Source: Antedon mediterranea (taxonomy: Eukaryota; Animalia; Echinodermata). From it: a stretch of DNA of 64,000 nt. Numbering within the stretch: the stretch's first letter is position 1; every line of letters starts with the position of its first letter. The notes beneath the pieces were generated by a model. The model was not told the origin of the DNA. It saw only the letters and a program-made list of their open reading frames with translations, and searched no databases. The position numbers and the translations under genes were made by a program. Shown here piece after piece: positions 11,101 through 23,100 of the stretch. Where the stretch lies: NCBI RefSeq assembly GCF_964355755.1, contig NC_092675.1:16898912-16962911 (forward strand), in the 5' to 3' direction.

Positions 11101-14100
11101 ACGGTAGGTAAATATATGGGCCCTTTGAGAATAAACTTGCAATAGGTTCGGAAAATGTTAAAAACCAATTTATATTATTTGAATCGGTAAACAGTTTCCA
11201 TTTATTATACATTGATAATGAAACATGAAATATTCCTATTTATGTTCATTACAATTTATATTTAGTAGTCCCACGGACTTCATCTTAGCCACTCCCCCGA
11301 GTGCTAAGGCCAAATTTATGATACCCTACTTTCTATGTAAGTTTAGTTACAGTTAGTTCTTGACGATAATACAACGAATTTAGGTTACACCCTTCGGCCG
11401 CGAAAACGTTTCTGTACAAATATGATACCGATTGGCTTTATTTCATTCAACAGCGACCATAATGTCGCCAATTACAGGATAGATAAACTATTTTATTATT
11501 GATGTGCTTATAAATTAAGACTCATGTAAACAGCTTGATTACATCATTTTACAGACAAACGAAACTTTTTTAAACCTACTGTTTCAATAACTGAGTATAA
11601 TACTGTATACGTTTTCATAAGTAAGTGCATATACATTTTCGTGTTTTCATTGACGAGACTGTAATAGTAACTTCAGTAACTATTACAGTACTTATTTATT
11701 ATACGACACAAGACAATTGTATCTGACAGGTACGTACATTATTCTAAAAAATAAGTCTAGATAGATCCCTTAGGCGTCATAAATCACAGGCCAACAAATC
11801 AGTACTCATGACAGAAATTCGACCCAGTTTGGTTCACACAAATGTTTACAGGAATTTCAACCACCACAACCGATGATTTGCCCTAAATATTTAGGTAGAC
11901 TACAGTTTAATTTTTCACTGAATAGGAGCTTGAATTTCCGATTTCCATTTCGCAGAATGTCTAGGTCTATTTATTTAGTTTGGTTCTTATAATATATAAA
12001 TACAATCAACTTTATTACTGCGGTTCCATCACCACCACCACGTGCCGCCCAATTCCCCGGTACATACATTTCCATTTCTCCCTAATTTCTTTAGTCCACA
12101 TAAATTAATTGTCCTTTATGGAATCCAGTATTGGTTTTGTTGTCTCTATTCTATTCTACTGTATTCGAGAACCATCTGTGAGCACCCCTAGATGGTACGC
12201 GAGCGAAGCGAGCGTGCCATCTAGTATATTAAATCAACATTGGCAATATCAATGTTATTAAATCGTAGTTCTTTTGCACGATAGTCATAGGCGTTGGGCC
12301 GATAGTCCTTTGCTCGTGTCTAAAATGGGCCTAATTGTCTTGAACTCGATAGTCCGTGGACCTGATTATTTACCATTACTGCCATGGTAAGCTTCCTGAA
12401 TGTCGGAATTTATGTCTGCAATTTCGTGGTGTAGACAGTTATTATAGACTAGTCACTAGGCTAGGCGGTGATATCGTGGAGAATTCAAGTCAAAGAAATA
12501 TGCCTATTGCATAGAAACGTCTGTCTCCGTCAGGGGTCTGGTTGATAAACAATTATCAAAAGGGAATGGAGTAAAAATGGAAAAGAGGATGATTCCAACA
12601 ATTTTTATTACCATATTTATTAAAATAAACTCCCCACTGTAAATAAACACTCCTTCTCGCAAATAAACACGCCTCCCCTCCACCATAGAACATCATAGGA
12701 TACACATACTGTAAGGCCTCCCTCGAATAAACACGCCTCCCCTCCACCATAGAACATCATAGGATACACATACTGTAAGGCCTCCCTCGAATAAACACGC
12801 CTCCCCTCCACCATAGAACATCATAGGATACACATACTGTAAGGCCTCCCCTCCACCATAGAACATCATAGGATACACATACTGTAAGGCCTCCCTCGAA
12901 TAAACACGCCTCCCCTCCACCATAGAACATCATAGGATACACATACTGTAAGGCCTCCCTCGAATAAACACGCCTCCCCTCCACCATAGAACATCATAGG
13001 ATACACATACTGTAAGGCCTCCCCTCCACCATAGAACATCATAGGATACACATACTGTAAGGCCTCCCTCGAATAAACACGCCTCCCCTCCACCATAGAA
13101 CATCATAGGATACACATAAGGCCTCCCCTCCACCATAGAACATCATAGGATACACATAAGGCCTCCCCTCCACCATAGAACATCATAGGATACACATACT
13201 GTAAGGCCTCCCCTCCACCATAGAACATCATAGGATACACATACTGTAAGGCCTCCCTCGAATAAACACGCCTCCCCTCCACCATAGAACATCATAGGAT
13301 ACACATACTGTAAGGCCTCCCTCGAATAAACACGCCTCCCCTCCACCATAGAACATCATAGGATACACATACTGTAAGGCCTCCCCTCCACCATAGAACA
13401 TCATAGGATACACATACTGTAAGGCCTCCCTCGAATAAACACGCCTCCCCTCCACCATAGAACATCATAGGATACACATAAGGCCTCCCCTCCACCATAG
13501 AACATCATAGGATACACATAAGGCCTCCCCTCCACCATAGAACATCATAGGATACACATAAGGCCTCCCTCGAATAAACACCATACTTAAAAACCCTCCC
13601 AAATAGTAAACGTCCCATGCGTTTATTCCAATAAATATGATATTATTTATTTATTCAAGTTTATTAATATCACTCTTGCACTGAATTGCTACAATATTAA
13701 AAACGATATAAAAATGTATTCACATCAGTCAGTATAATATGCATATCTCAAGTAAAATAACTCGAACAATAACGTATCTATATTAGAGAAAGAGCGTTTA
13801 TAAATAATTGAAATAGATTATATATGATATAAAATCCTCGAATACAAATTCTGCTTTACAGTTTATCATTTTATGAAAAACAAGCATTAAAAGCAATTTT
13901 TTTTAAAAACTTATTTCTGGTAGATGGTGGAATTGATACACGTATTCATGGTATCAAAATTAAATCAACAAAGGAAAAAGATATTGGTTTTAATAAGGAT
14001 TTATTTAAGAATTCAGAACTAGTCCGGTAAGTGCATTTATTTACTTGATAAAAACATCAACTTTAATTTGTTGTCGTTTTCAAGCTTTATTAAGGATATT

Positions 14101-17100
14101 GAAAATCCTTATATAGTTGTACTCTGTGTATCCTCTGTTTGCTCTCTTAATTGACCCAAGTATTTTATATTTTTATTATTATTAATACAGATACAGTATT
14201 GCCATATCGCACAGACGCAAGGCCATATACATGGCTGCAGTCGCGTTCTCAAGTTATTGTTTACCGACCGACCAACTGACCGACATAGTGAGCTAGCTGT
14301 AGAGTCGTGTGGCACGCAACTAAAAATGTTTATTGTTAAAAATTTAATTTTTTGCTTTTTGTGTACTCATCAGGTATCCTAGGTTAGAATCAGTTGATAA
14401 GGATGTCTTGTACAGAAGAGCAATTGTTATGCAAAGGTATGCTCTCATATTTTTTTCAATTTTCTCTTTAAATATACTGCTTTTGTTGTTTATACCATTC
14501 AAAAGGCTAGTAGCTTCTTATAATCATTTACCCTTATTAAACATTTTTACTTTTATGTACTGTAGTCATTTCAGAATAATTATTTAATCTATATAAAATA
14601 GAAAAAAAAGCACCTGATGATCGAAGAAATATTATTATCTGTATAATAATAAGATTATTTATTGTTGATATATAGTTTGCGGTACACCATGTATATGGTT
14701 CTGAAAATGAACTGTTGAGTTTCTTGATGTTTCGATCAATATTCTTTGGTCGTTCTCAGGGAGTTATTATTATTTATGCATATTTCTTAAACAATTTTTA
14801 TTGTGGTCTGAATTAGGTCTACTACGCAAAATATATTGATGCATTTAGTATAATTAATAATAATATAATATCAAAATTATATACTGTATGTACATTACCC
14901 TTTATCTATGATTTAATTTTGTTCATTATGTGAATACATCTTTATTAATGTCTTGAACTTGCACATTTATGGGATTAGGTAGCTTTCAGTTTGCAATGAC
15001 TATGTCGTGTTTTTTATTTTTTTTTTGTATTATCTATATATTAATGCTACTAAATTGTTCGCATATTTTACGTACCTCCTCCAAAACCACTGAACGTTAC
15101 ATGCTCACATTTGGCACACTGATGTTTATTGATGGGTCGCACATGATATGCTATGTCACTTCTTGACTTGAATTTTAAGGATAAACGCTAAAAAAAGGCC
15201 CAAAAATATAGATAGTTTGGCATTTTTATACTTTCGTTATGTGTTTGCGCGCATCATCTAATTCACACAGTACAATTTTTCTTTAGCGTTTTCTATTTTC
15301 CAGTCAAAAGTTCCATATCCACTGTACTATTGCTTTAATTTGATAGCCTACATATAATTTAAAGTGAAGGGATAGTGTATAACAAACCAATGGCCGTATA
15401 TACAGTAGTTCTGAATTTTATTCGTGATACAATTTGTTTTTATCTATATGTAAATTTACGTAAGGGCAAAATTCGGTAAATCGCGCCTTATTTCTAGAAT
15501 TTTTACTCGATGGTATATAAAGTTGGTTCGTACTTTCGGTACTGATTTTAACCACCTGATGTAACCCTGTTTACTATTTAAATTAAGTTAGATAATTAGT
15601 TATTGACGATTAAAACGAATTTAGGTTCAACGATTTGCCCCAAATAGGGGTGTTTTCCGATCGTGGTATACACTGTCTAATGGATGTCCATCTTGAAAAA
15701 TACCTGCCACAAAAATGGGAGGAGGCTTCGCATTTTCCTACCTCCTCCTACGATAATTGTACGATAATTGTTTTTAATAGCTGAAAACTGGTTGAACAGC
15801 TAGAGTACAGCATCATAATGTTGAAGACAGGCCGATTTTCTTTAAAAAATACTATTTTGATAGATTTAATATACGATTATACAAATGTATTGATTTGCGA
15901 TGAATGGAACATCCCAATCTGTCAGTCTGCCAGAGTTTGGTTTAACACAAGTAGGTAAATTTATGAGTCCTTGGTTTAACACATACGGTAGGTAAATATA
16001 TGGGCCCTTTGGGAATAAACTTGCAATACTTTTATTTGACAATACTGTAAATACCTATTAACTATTTTTGGTCCTCATGTGAATCGAACATTTCTTACTG
16101 TGAATGTTCGTACTGTTAGATGTAATATAAAAATATATAAAAATAAACTTTATTACTGAGATTGTGGTTAGGCTCTACTGTTAGATATATAAACACATTA
16201 TTATATACAAATAAACTTTATACTGACAGTTCCTTCTCAACGTTTGTATTAATTAATAATTACCAATAATATAAACGTCGTAGTGGTGTATCGTGACATG
16301 TACTTTAATATTTCAATCGATTATGACAGTGACAGTTTTAACAAAGTATTAAATCGCAAATGTTTTACTGTATTTAGAGGTATATTATTTATAGGCCTAT
16401 AAAACATGAACAAAATATTTCGTTACTGAGTGGATAAAGAATATATTTAAAAATTGTTCCTCTTTGTACCTATCCGCGTTCCCATCCCTCAACCCTAATG
16501 TTACATACAAAACACAATTGGTTTCTTTAAATGAGTCCAAATCAAAAATTTGGACTGATTTTGTGATAAGTTTCTCCTTCGGAAGTAATTCCCAGGGTGC
16601 TAATTTTAGTTGACTACATAAATCATCGTGTCTATTTATTCGTTTCTGTAAACGACAATGTATTGTAGTCCTGCGGTACGTACATTTGAAATCGCCAGTT
16701 TTGTTACGCTGAAATTACTGTGTATTCGAGAACCATCTGTGGGGGCACGACCTAGATGCGAGCGTACCATCTAGTTTTAATAATTTGTCAAAGTACTTTT
16801 ATGCGCTGTTATTATACTTGCCCATGCAAAGTATATAACCACATATTAAGGCAGAAAAAGACCGTGCGGAGCACTGGTTACTGCTAGTATGTGTTAGAAG
16901 CTGTGCTTCAGAGATTCCCCTTTTCCATTCTGTTGTTTTTTAACTATGATTATTTATGTATGTTTATGATCTTGTGAATGGAAATAAAGAAACAAACAAA
17001 CAGACTATGTCATGTTAATCAATTGTGCACATGTGGAGATATTGTGTGTACTCCTCGCCTTGATTTCTTTCTAATTTCTTCATTATGCCGTTGGTCGTCG

Positions 17101-20100
17101 CATCGATTGACCTGAACTAGTTAGGTCATCGGAAATCGAAAGATGCCTAGTCAAAGTAATTAATTTATCTTTTTTTCCTAGGTTTATAAAATTATTTGAC
17201 AGCGTTATACAATACATTGTTCCAAGCTGGCCGTATTCTGTAGGTTCATTTGGTCAATTGAATGCAGTTCGACAAATTTTAATTTTATCCAAAAAACGGA
17301 GCGCTCTAATACAACGGTTGTTGAAGCAGTCTGAAACCAGGTAAATTGTATTCATTATTAATCACTACCCAGTAATTGTGCTTTATAAATGTTATTGTTT
17401 TTATAATTTTTAATATAAAAATTGGCAGACGAAAACATCCTTTAAATGATTTATCTGACTGAGCGCTGTTGACATGCTGCTTATGAGAGGATTGTAGGTT
17501 TGTTCTCCTTACATTCTTTGCTTAATTATCGCCATTTGTGGTTTTTACTACATACTTGTTTGTTTAGTTCTTTCTTATGTGTCTGTTATTAGCTTATTTA
17601 GTACTTCTTACTGATTTTTAAGACTATTTTTAACATCAGTTTTGCTAGGCCCTATTGTGTCTGTGTCTTCTTTGTTTACCATGTGCTAGTGTACAAAGGA
17701 CTGCACAGTGCTGCCAGCTTCTTTGTTTTTGGTCTTGGCTATAGGTCTGTGTCAGGTTCTACTTCATACTATTACTCACATATTGCTACAGTATGCTTAG
17801 TTTATGGAACCGTTCTCGTATTTTGTCAACTCTTGATAATACGTTAAGATTTAAATATTTTTCGGCCTGTGTCTAGGGGTTGTCGTGCTGGGAAACATGT
17901 GCATAATCTAAATTCCTAAAGTCAAGAATAGAGCTAAGCACATTATTACTACGTTTTCTTGTGGTGTTAAGAGCAGTAACCTGGCATTTTTTTCACGAAA
18001 CATCACCTCACCTTATCTTTGCACTATGGAATGCTTGCTATCTAAAATGCAAATCCCATCATTTGTGTGACTTCATCATTGAACACAAGGTCGATATAAT
18101 GTATGTATAAGAGACTGGTGATGAACGTGATAACTTTGCTTTCCATATTATACAACTCACAGCTTACCACGTTCTTCTAGAGGAGGCAGAGTTCTTCTAC
18201 TTATAATCTGGTATTAAGATGGTTCATCTTCATGATACTACTTCCTCAACTAGTATCTAGCACAGCCTTAAGAGTTTTTATATTTTATTGCCCTCCTCCT
18301 TCAGCAAAGAACAAACTTAGTCCTGAAATGTTCTTTGACGATTTCTCATCTTTACTTGGGCAGGTCTCCCTCTGCAATGATAATGTGGAATTACTAATTG
18401 CCGGTGATTTTAACTTCCATGTGAATAATGATGGTGATACGGCTAATACTTCCTTGACATTTTACAATCGGCTTGCCAGAAGAACCACACAGAAATGCCT
18501 ACTCATGTTGATGGTAACATTCATGACCTCATAATTACACGTACCTCCAGTAATTTTGTATCGGCTCTCGACTGCTATGACAACTTGCCATCTGATCATA
18601 TGGCTTTAACTGCTTTAGTCGGTAACGGGACGATTCGGCCCGGAACTATTCGGCCCTGAGACGATTTGGCACACTTAAATTTATTGCCTTTGATATGCAT
18701 TTTATAAGCATAAAATAAGCTTTTTTCCCCAAGCTTTATTTTCAGAGAGACAATAGGGTAGTACCACTAGGGATAAAGATGCAATAAAGCAAACATTTTG
18801 AAAACATTGTCGAAAACGATCATTTTTTAGTCACGCAAACGATGTAAACAAGTTATGCCCTCATTTGGCCGCACGAAATAAACAAATGGTTTTTGAAGTA
18901 ATACATTGAATATAAAATTCCTTTTTTTAGTAATTTATTATATGTATTATATCAACATTGTCAATATCAATAAAATACGTATTGTTAAACACCTTTAAAA
19001 ACTTGATAAATACCCAAAAAAATTAATATGAATTTGGTCTAAAGTGAGGCGTTTTGGCCCACAAAGTGGGATGTTTCGGCCCAAAAGTGGGCCGAATCGT
19101 CAGTCCCGGGCCAAATCGTCCAGGAACACTTTAGTCAACCTGTGTCGTCCAGCTTATATTGTTGCGCAACGCAAGCTTAAACAAATCAATCATGTTGAGT
19201 TCTGTGATGATATTCGTTTATCATCACTGTTACTCAATCTTTCAGACTGCCTAAACACACTAAAAGGTGCGTTCCTTCTTTTTTAGTAAGCCTTCATCAA
19301 TGCCAAAATTGTACATAAACAGAAGAGCCGCTGCTGAACACAAGTCTGACCCAAGCAAAGATCCAGAGTGCAAGACCACAGTCTTTTCACAAGTATGTTT
19401 TTAATATTACATTATTATTTATCATACAAGTAGCATAGTTATGGAAATGAAAGAATATATGAAGAAATATGCGCAGTCTCTTAATTAGTGGCATAACACA
19501 AAGGCCTAAGGCCTCTGTGTGAGGAACCCTAAGTGGTCCTCCAATGCAGGAGGCCTCAGGCATTTATAGCCTTTTGACATAATTTGAATGCCTGTTTTTT
19601 CCTCTGGGCCCTGTTCAGGGGCTTCCGTAAGCTCTGGGTTTAGCCTGTGAGCGCTTATAGCCGTTACGCTACAGCTGATGATATACTGTTATGCCTTGAT
19701 TTTTCAAGTGAGCATATTATACACATATTTTAGATATTTGGGAGAGAACTATTATTGTTGCGTATCACAAAATTAGCCGTTATCCAATAAAATTTGATTA
19801 TTTTGTACCAAATAAGTGCTGTTCGGTCATCTGCATATCAATTGACAAAATGATTATTTCACATTACTAGACAAATAATAGAAAGAATAAAAGTGACAAA
19901 ACTATTTATTTTTCTATCTGTTATATCAAATTTTTTAAAGGGTTAAATGAAAGCAGAGATATTTTCTTTATGTTTTATATATTTGGTTTTTCTGTAGATT
20001 TTTGAGGGTTTGAAATCAGGAACATATGCAAATAGCCAACTGGACTTCCGATGGCCACAGCGTTATGACCAGTGGTGGGAGTGCAAATTCTTGTCTGAAG

Positions 20101-23100
20101 GCATTATTGACCAAGGTATTAAAAACTTCATGAAATAGAATAATACAAAATTTGGAATCCAGTAGAACCTTTTGGGACACCCCTATTATATTACACATAA
20201 CGCTGTATGTGTATGTTTTTACTATGTGCCATACCATTTCATTCATTCATCTTTTTATTTTTGAATACCATAAACATTCATAAATTCCGAAAATATAACC
20301 ATAGCAAATAAACTAACGTCGTCTAAACAAGAACATTGTACTGAGAAAAAAAATTGTACATTGTTTGAATATATTTTGTCTTTGAATTTTAACACTACAA
20401 ATTTAAATAAATACTAATTTTGTTACAGGTGGTGGTTTTCGTGACAGTCTATCTGACTTGTCTGAAGAACTTTGTCCAACAGCTAATGATCAGCCTGACC
20501 CTCTGCCATTTTTTGTGCGATCGCCCAATCAAAAGCATGAAGATTTAAACACAAATCGTGATGTGTTTGTGCCTAATCCTGGCTGTACAGACTTTATGAA
20601 GTATGAATGGATTGGCATGTTAATGGCAGGTTGTCTACGAAGTAAAGAGAATTTGGTAAGATATACTGTAGTGTGGTAAATGCACGTTGTTGTTAAAACG
20701 TAGTAGTATGAATTTGCTTGCTTATATTCTGTTTCAATTCCAGAGGCCTGCATAGAAGTCTTGGTTTTTTCATAACATTTTTTCTTAGTATTGCTATTAT
20801 TATAAGACATGGCATAGGCATAGTTTTAGTTGGCAGGGTGGCTGGATTCCTTTTCACTTGGGTATAGCTAGAAGCATTGTATTCTCTCCCCCTCCCCTTA
20901 TCTCTGAATATACTGTATTTTTTGTTCATTTTCAGGTGCTCGCTTTGCCATCATTTGTATGGAAACAATTAGCGGGAGAGTGTATAACCTGGTCTCGTGA
21001 CTTTGCTACAGTCGACTCTGCGGCTGTCAAACTTCTGGAATTACTAGAAAGCATAGATGAACAGACTTTCAACGAGACCTTTGCAGACGAGCTAACTTTT
21101 TCAACGATGTTAAGCAACCAAACAGTGGCGCTACTGAAGGAAGAGGGAGATAAAACCAATGTGCAATACAATGAACGCATGGAATTTTGTCGTTTAGTAC
21201 AAGAAAAGAGAATGAACGAGTCAAAACAACAAGTGAGAATGAAGATAATAACCTTTTGTTTAGTGCATAATGTTGGCAGTACCACTGCTTCCTTGGGGTG
21301 TTGAATCTAGTGATCAGGTTTTTGGTTAAAATCACTGAGACAAATACATCCAAGTTGTGCAGACCATCTGACTCATCTTGTTTAGATTTCGTTTCTTCTT
21401 ACAATTTAGTTTGATTATTCTACAAAATATTTGTGGTACTAGTTTTGTAACATTTCATAAATGTGCATGACATTTTCAAAATAAGCACCAGAACATTCTT
21501 CGCTTGAAATCTAGGATTCAAAGAAATCTTTTGCCGTATCATACTAAATAAAAGCTAAATTGTGTTTTTTTGCCAGATTGTAGCTATTAAACGTGGTATA
21601 CTGCAAGTGGTACCTCGAGCTGTTCTAGACTTGATGACCTGGCAACAGCTTGAAACATCAATTTGTGGTAACCCAGAAATCTCGCTTGAAGCCTTGAAAA
21701 AGACCAGTGAGTTAAAATATTTTCTTTAATAGAATAAATTTTAAAACTGTAGTTTATCATCAAACTTTTGTTTCTGGATGGTAGATGAAAGGTAAACATA
21801 AATGGACCTAATAAAGTCCTGAGAACGGACCTGTGTATACTATGCCTTTACACACAATTATTAACTCTTGTTTTGGAATGTCTTGTAAAGAACTATAAAT
21901 ATTTTTCCTTTAGCCTTTTATGAAGACATTGAACAAAATGATACAAGAGTGAAATATTTATGGGAAGCCATGGCTAACTTTACAAATGGTAAGCTTAGGA
22001 GGACTCAGATTTACAAAATGTTTAATCTTAATACTTCAGTATTACTAATATCATTTTCACACCTGCAAAAAGTAACAACTTGACAAGTTGTAACCAGGTT
22101 TGCATAGTGTGAATACAATTTGTGGAAAATTAGAGTTTCCCTGTGAAATCTCGGCAGAAAAAACACACTGATGAGAGGCCTTTTGCTCGGAGATAATACT
22201 TGCATGGACATTTATTGCCATGGCATTAAACTAACCAATCATAGTAATCAAATGCTGTCTCATGGTTTGCGTATGCGTGTATGAAAACATGTAATAAATC
22301 GGGAGATGAAACCGGGTTATAACTTGTTACAAGTGGTAACAATTTATGCAGATGTGAATAGGGTACTAGTTTAACTATAAAGCCACTCCGAGAGTGCATA
22401 CCTCCGCCTTACTGTAAAATTCTCCTACAAAGGATTTCTCCGGAAAAAAAAAAAAAATACATATATTCGTGTGTATCTTAGTGCTGTGTGTGATCTAGGC
22501 TAATGTCACTACAAGCATCGAGTTTGGTGTAATGGTTATGTAACCAGCCTAGTGCTGTGTGTGATTTAGGCTAATGTCACTACAAGCATCGAGTTTGGTG
22601 TAAAGGTTATGTAACCAGCCTAGTGCTGTGTGTGATTTAGGCTAATGTCACTACAAGCATCGAGTTTGGTGTAAAGGTTATGTAACCAGCCTAGTGCTGT
22701 GTGTGATTTAGGCTAATGTCACTACAAGCATCGAGTTTGGTGTAAAGGTTATGTAACCAGCCTAGTGCTGTGTGTGATTTAGGCTAATGTCACTACAAGC
22801 ATCGAGTTTGGTGTAAAGGTTATGTAACCAGCCTAGTGCTGTGTGTGATTTAGGCTAATGTCACTACAAGCATCGAGTTTGGTGTAAAGGTTATGTAACC
22901 AGTCTTTCAACTAACAATAGTTTCAGTTGACTAACATTAGAACAGGAACAGCAAAAACAAACGGGTAAATTTGAAAAGAAATATGTTTTTTAAAACTAAT
23001 CGTATTAAAAAATCTGTACAATAAATCAAATTATGTTTTGAAATTACAAATCACAAATTATAACTCTTGGTTCTTGTACAAAAATGATGTTTTATGGACA

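Noticed and set aside
12504-13498. Cluster of near-identical short ORFs (MVEGRRVY...)
   Set aside because: By-product of the composite minisatellite.
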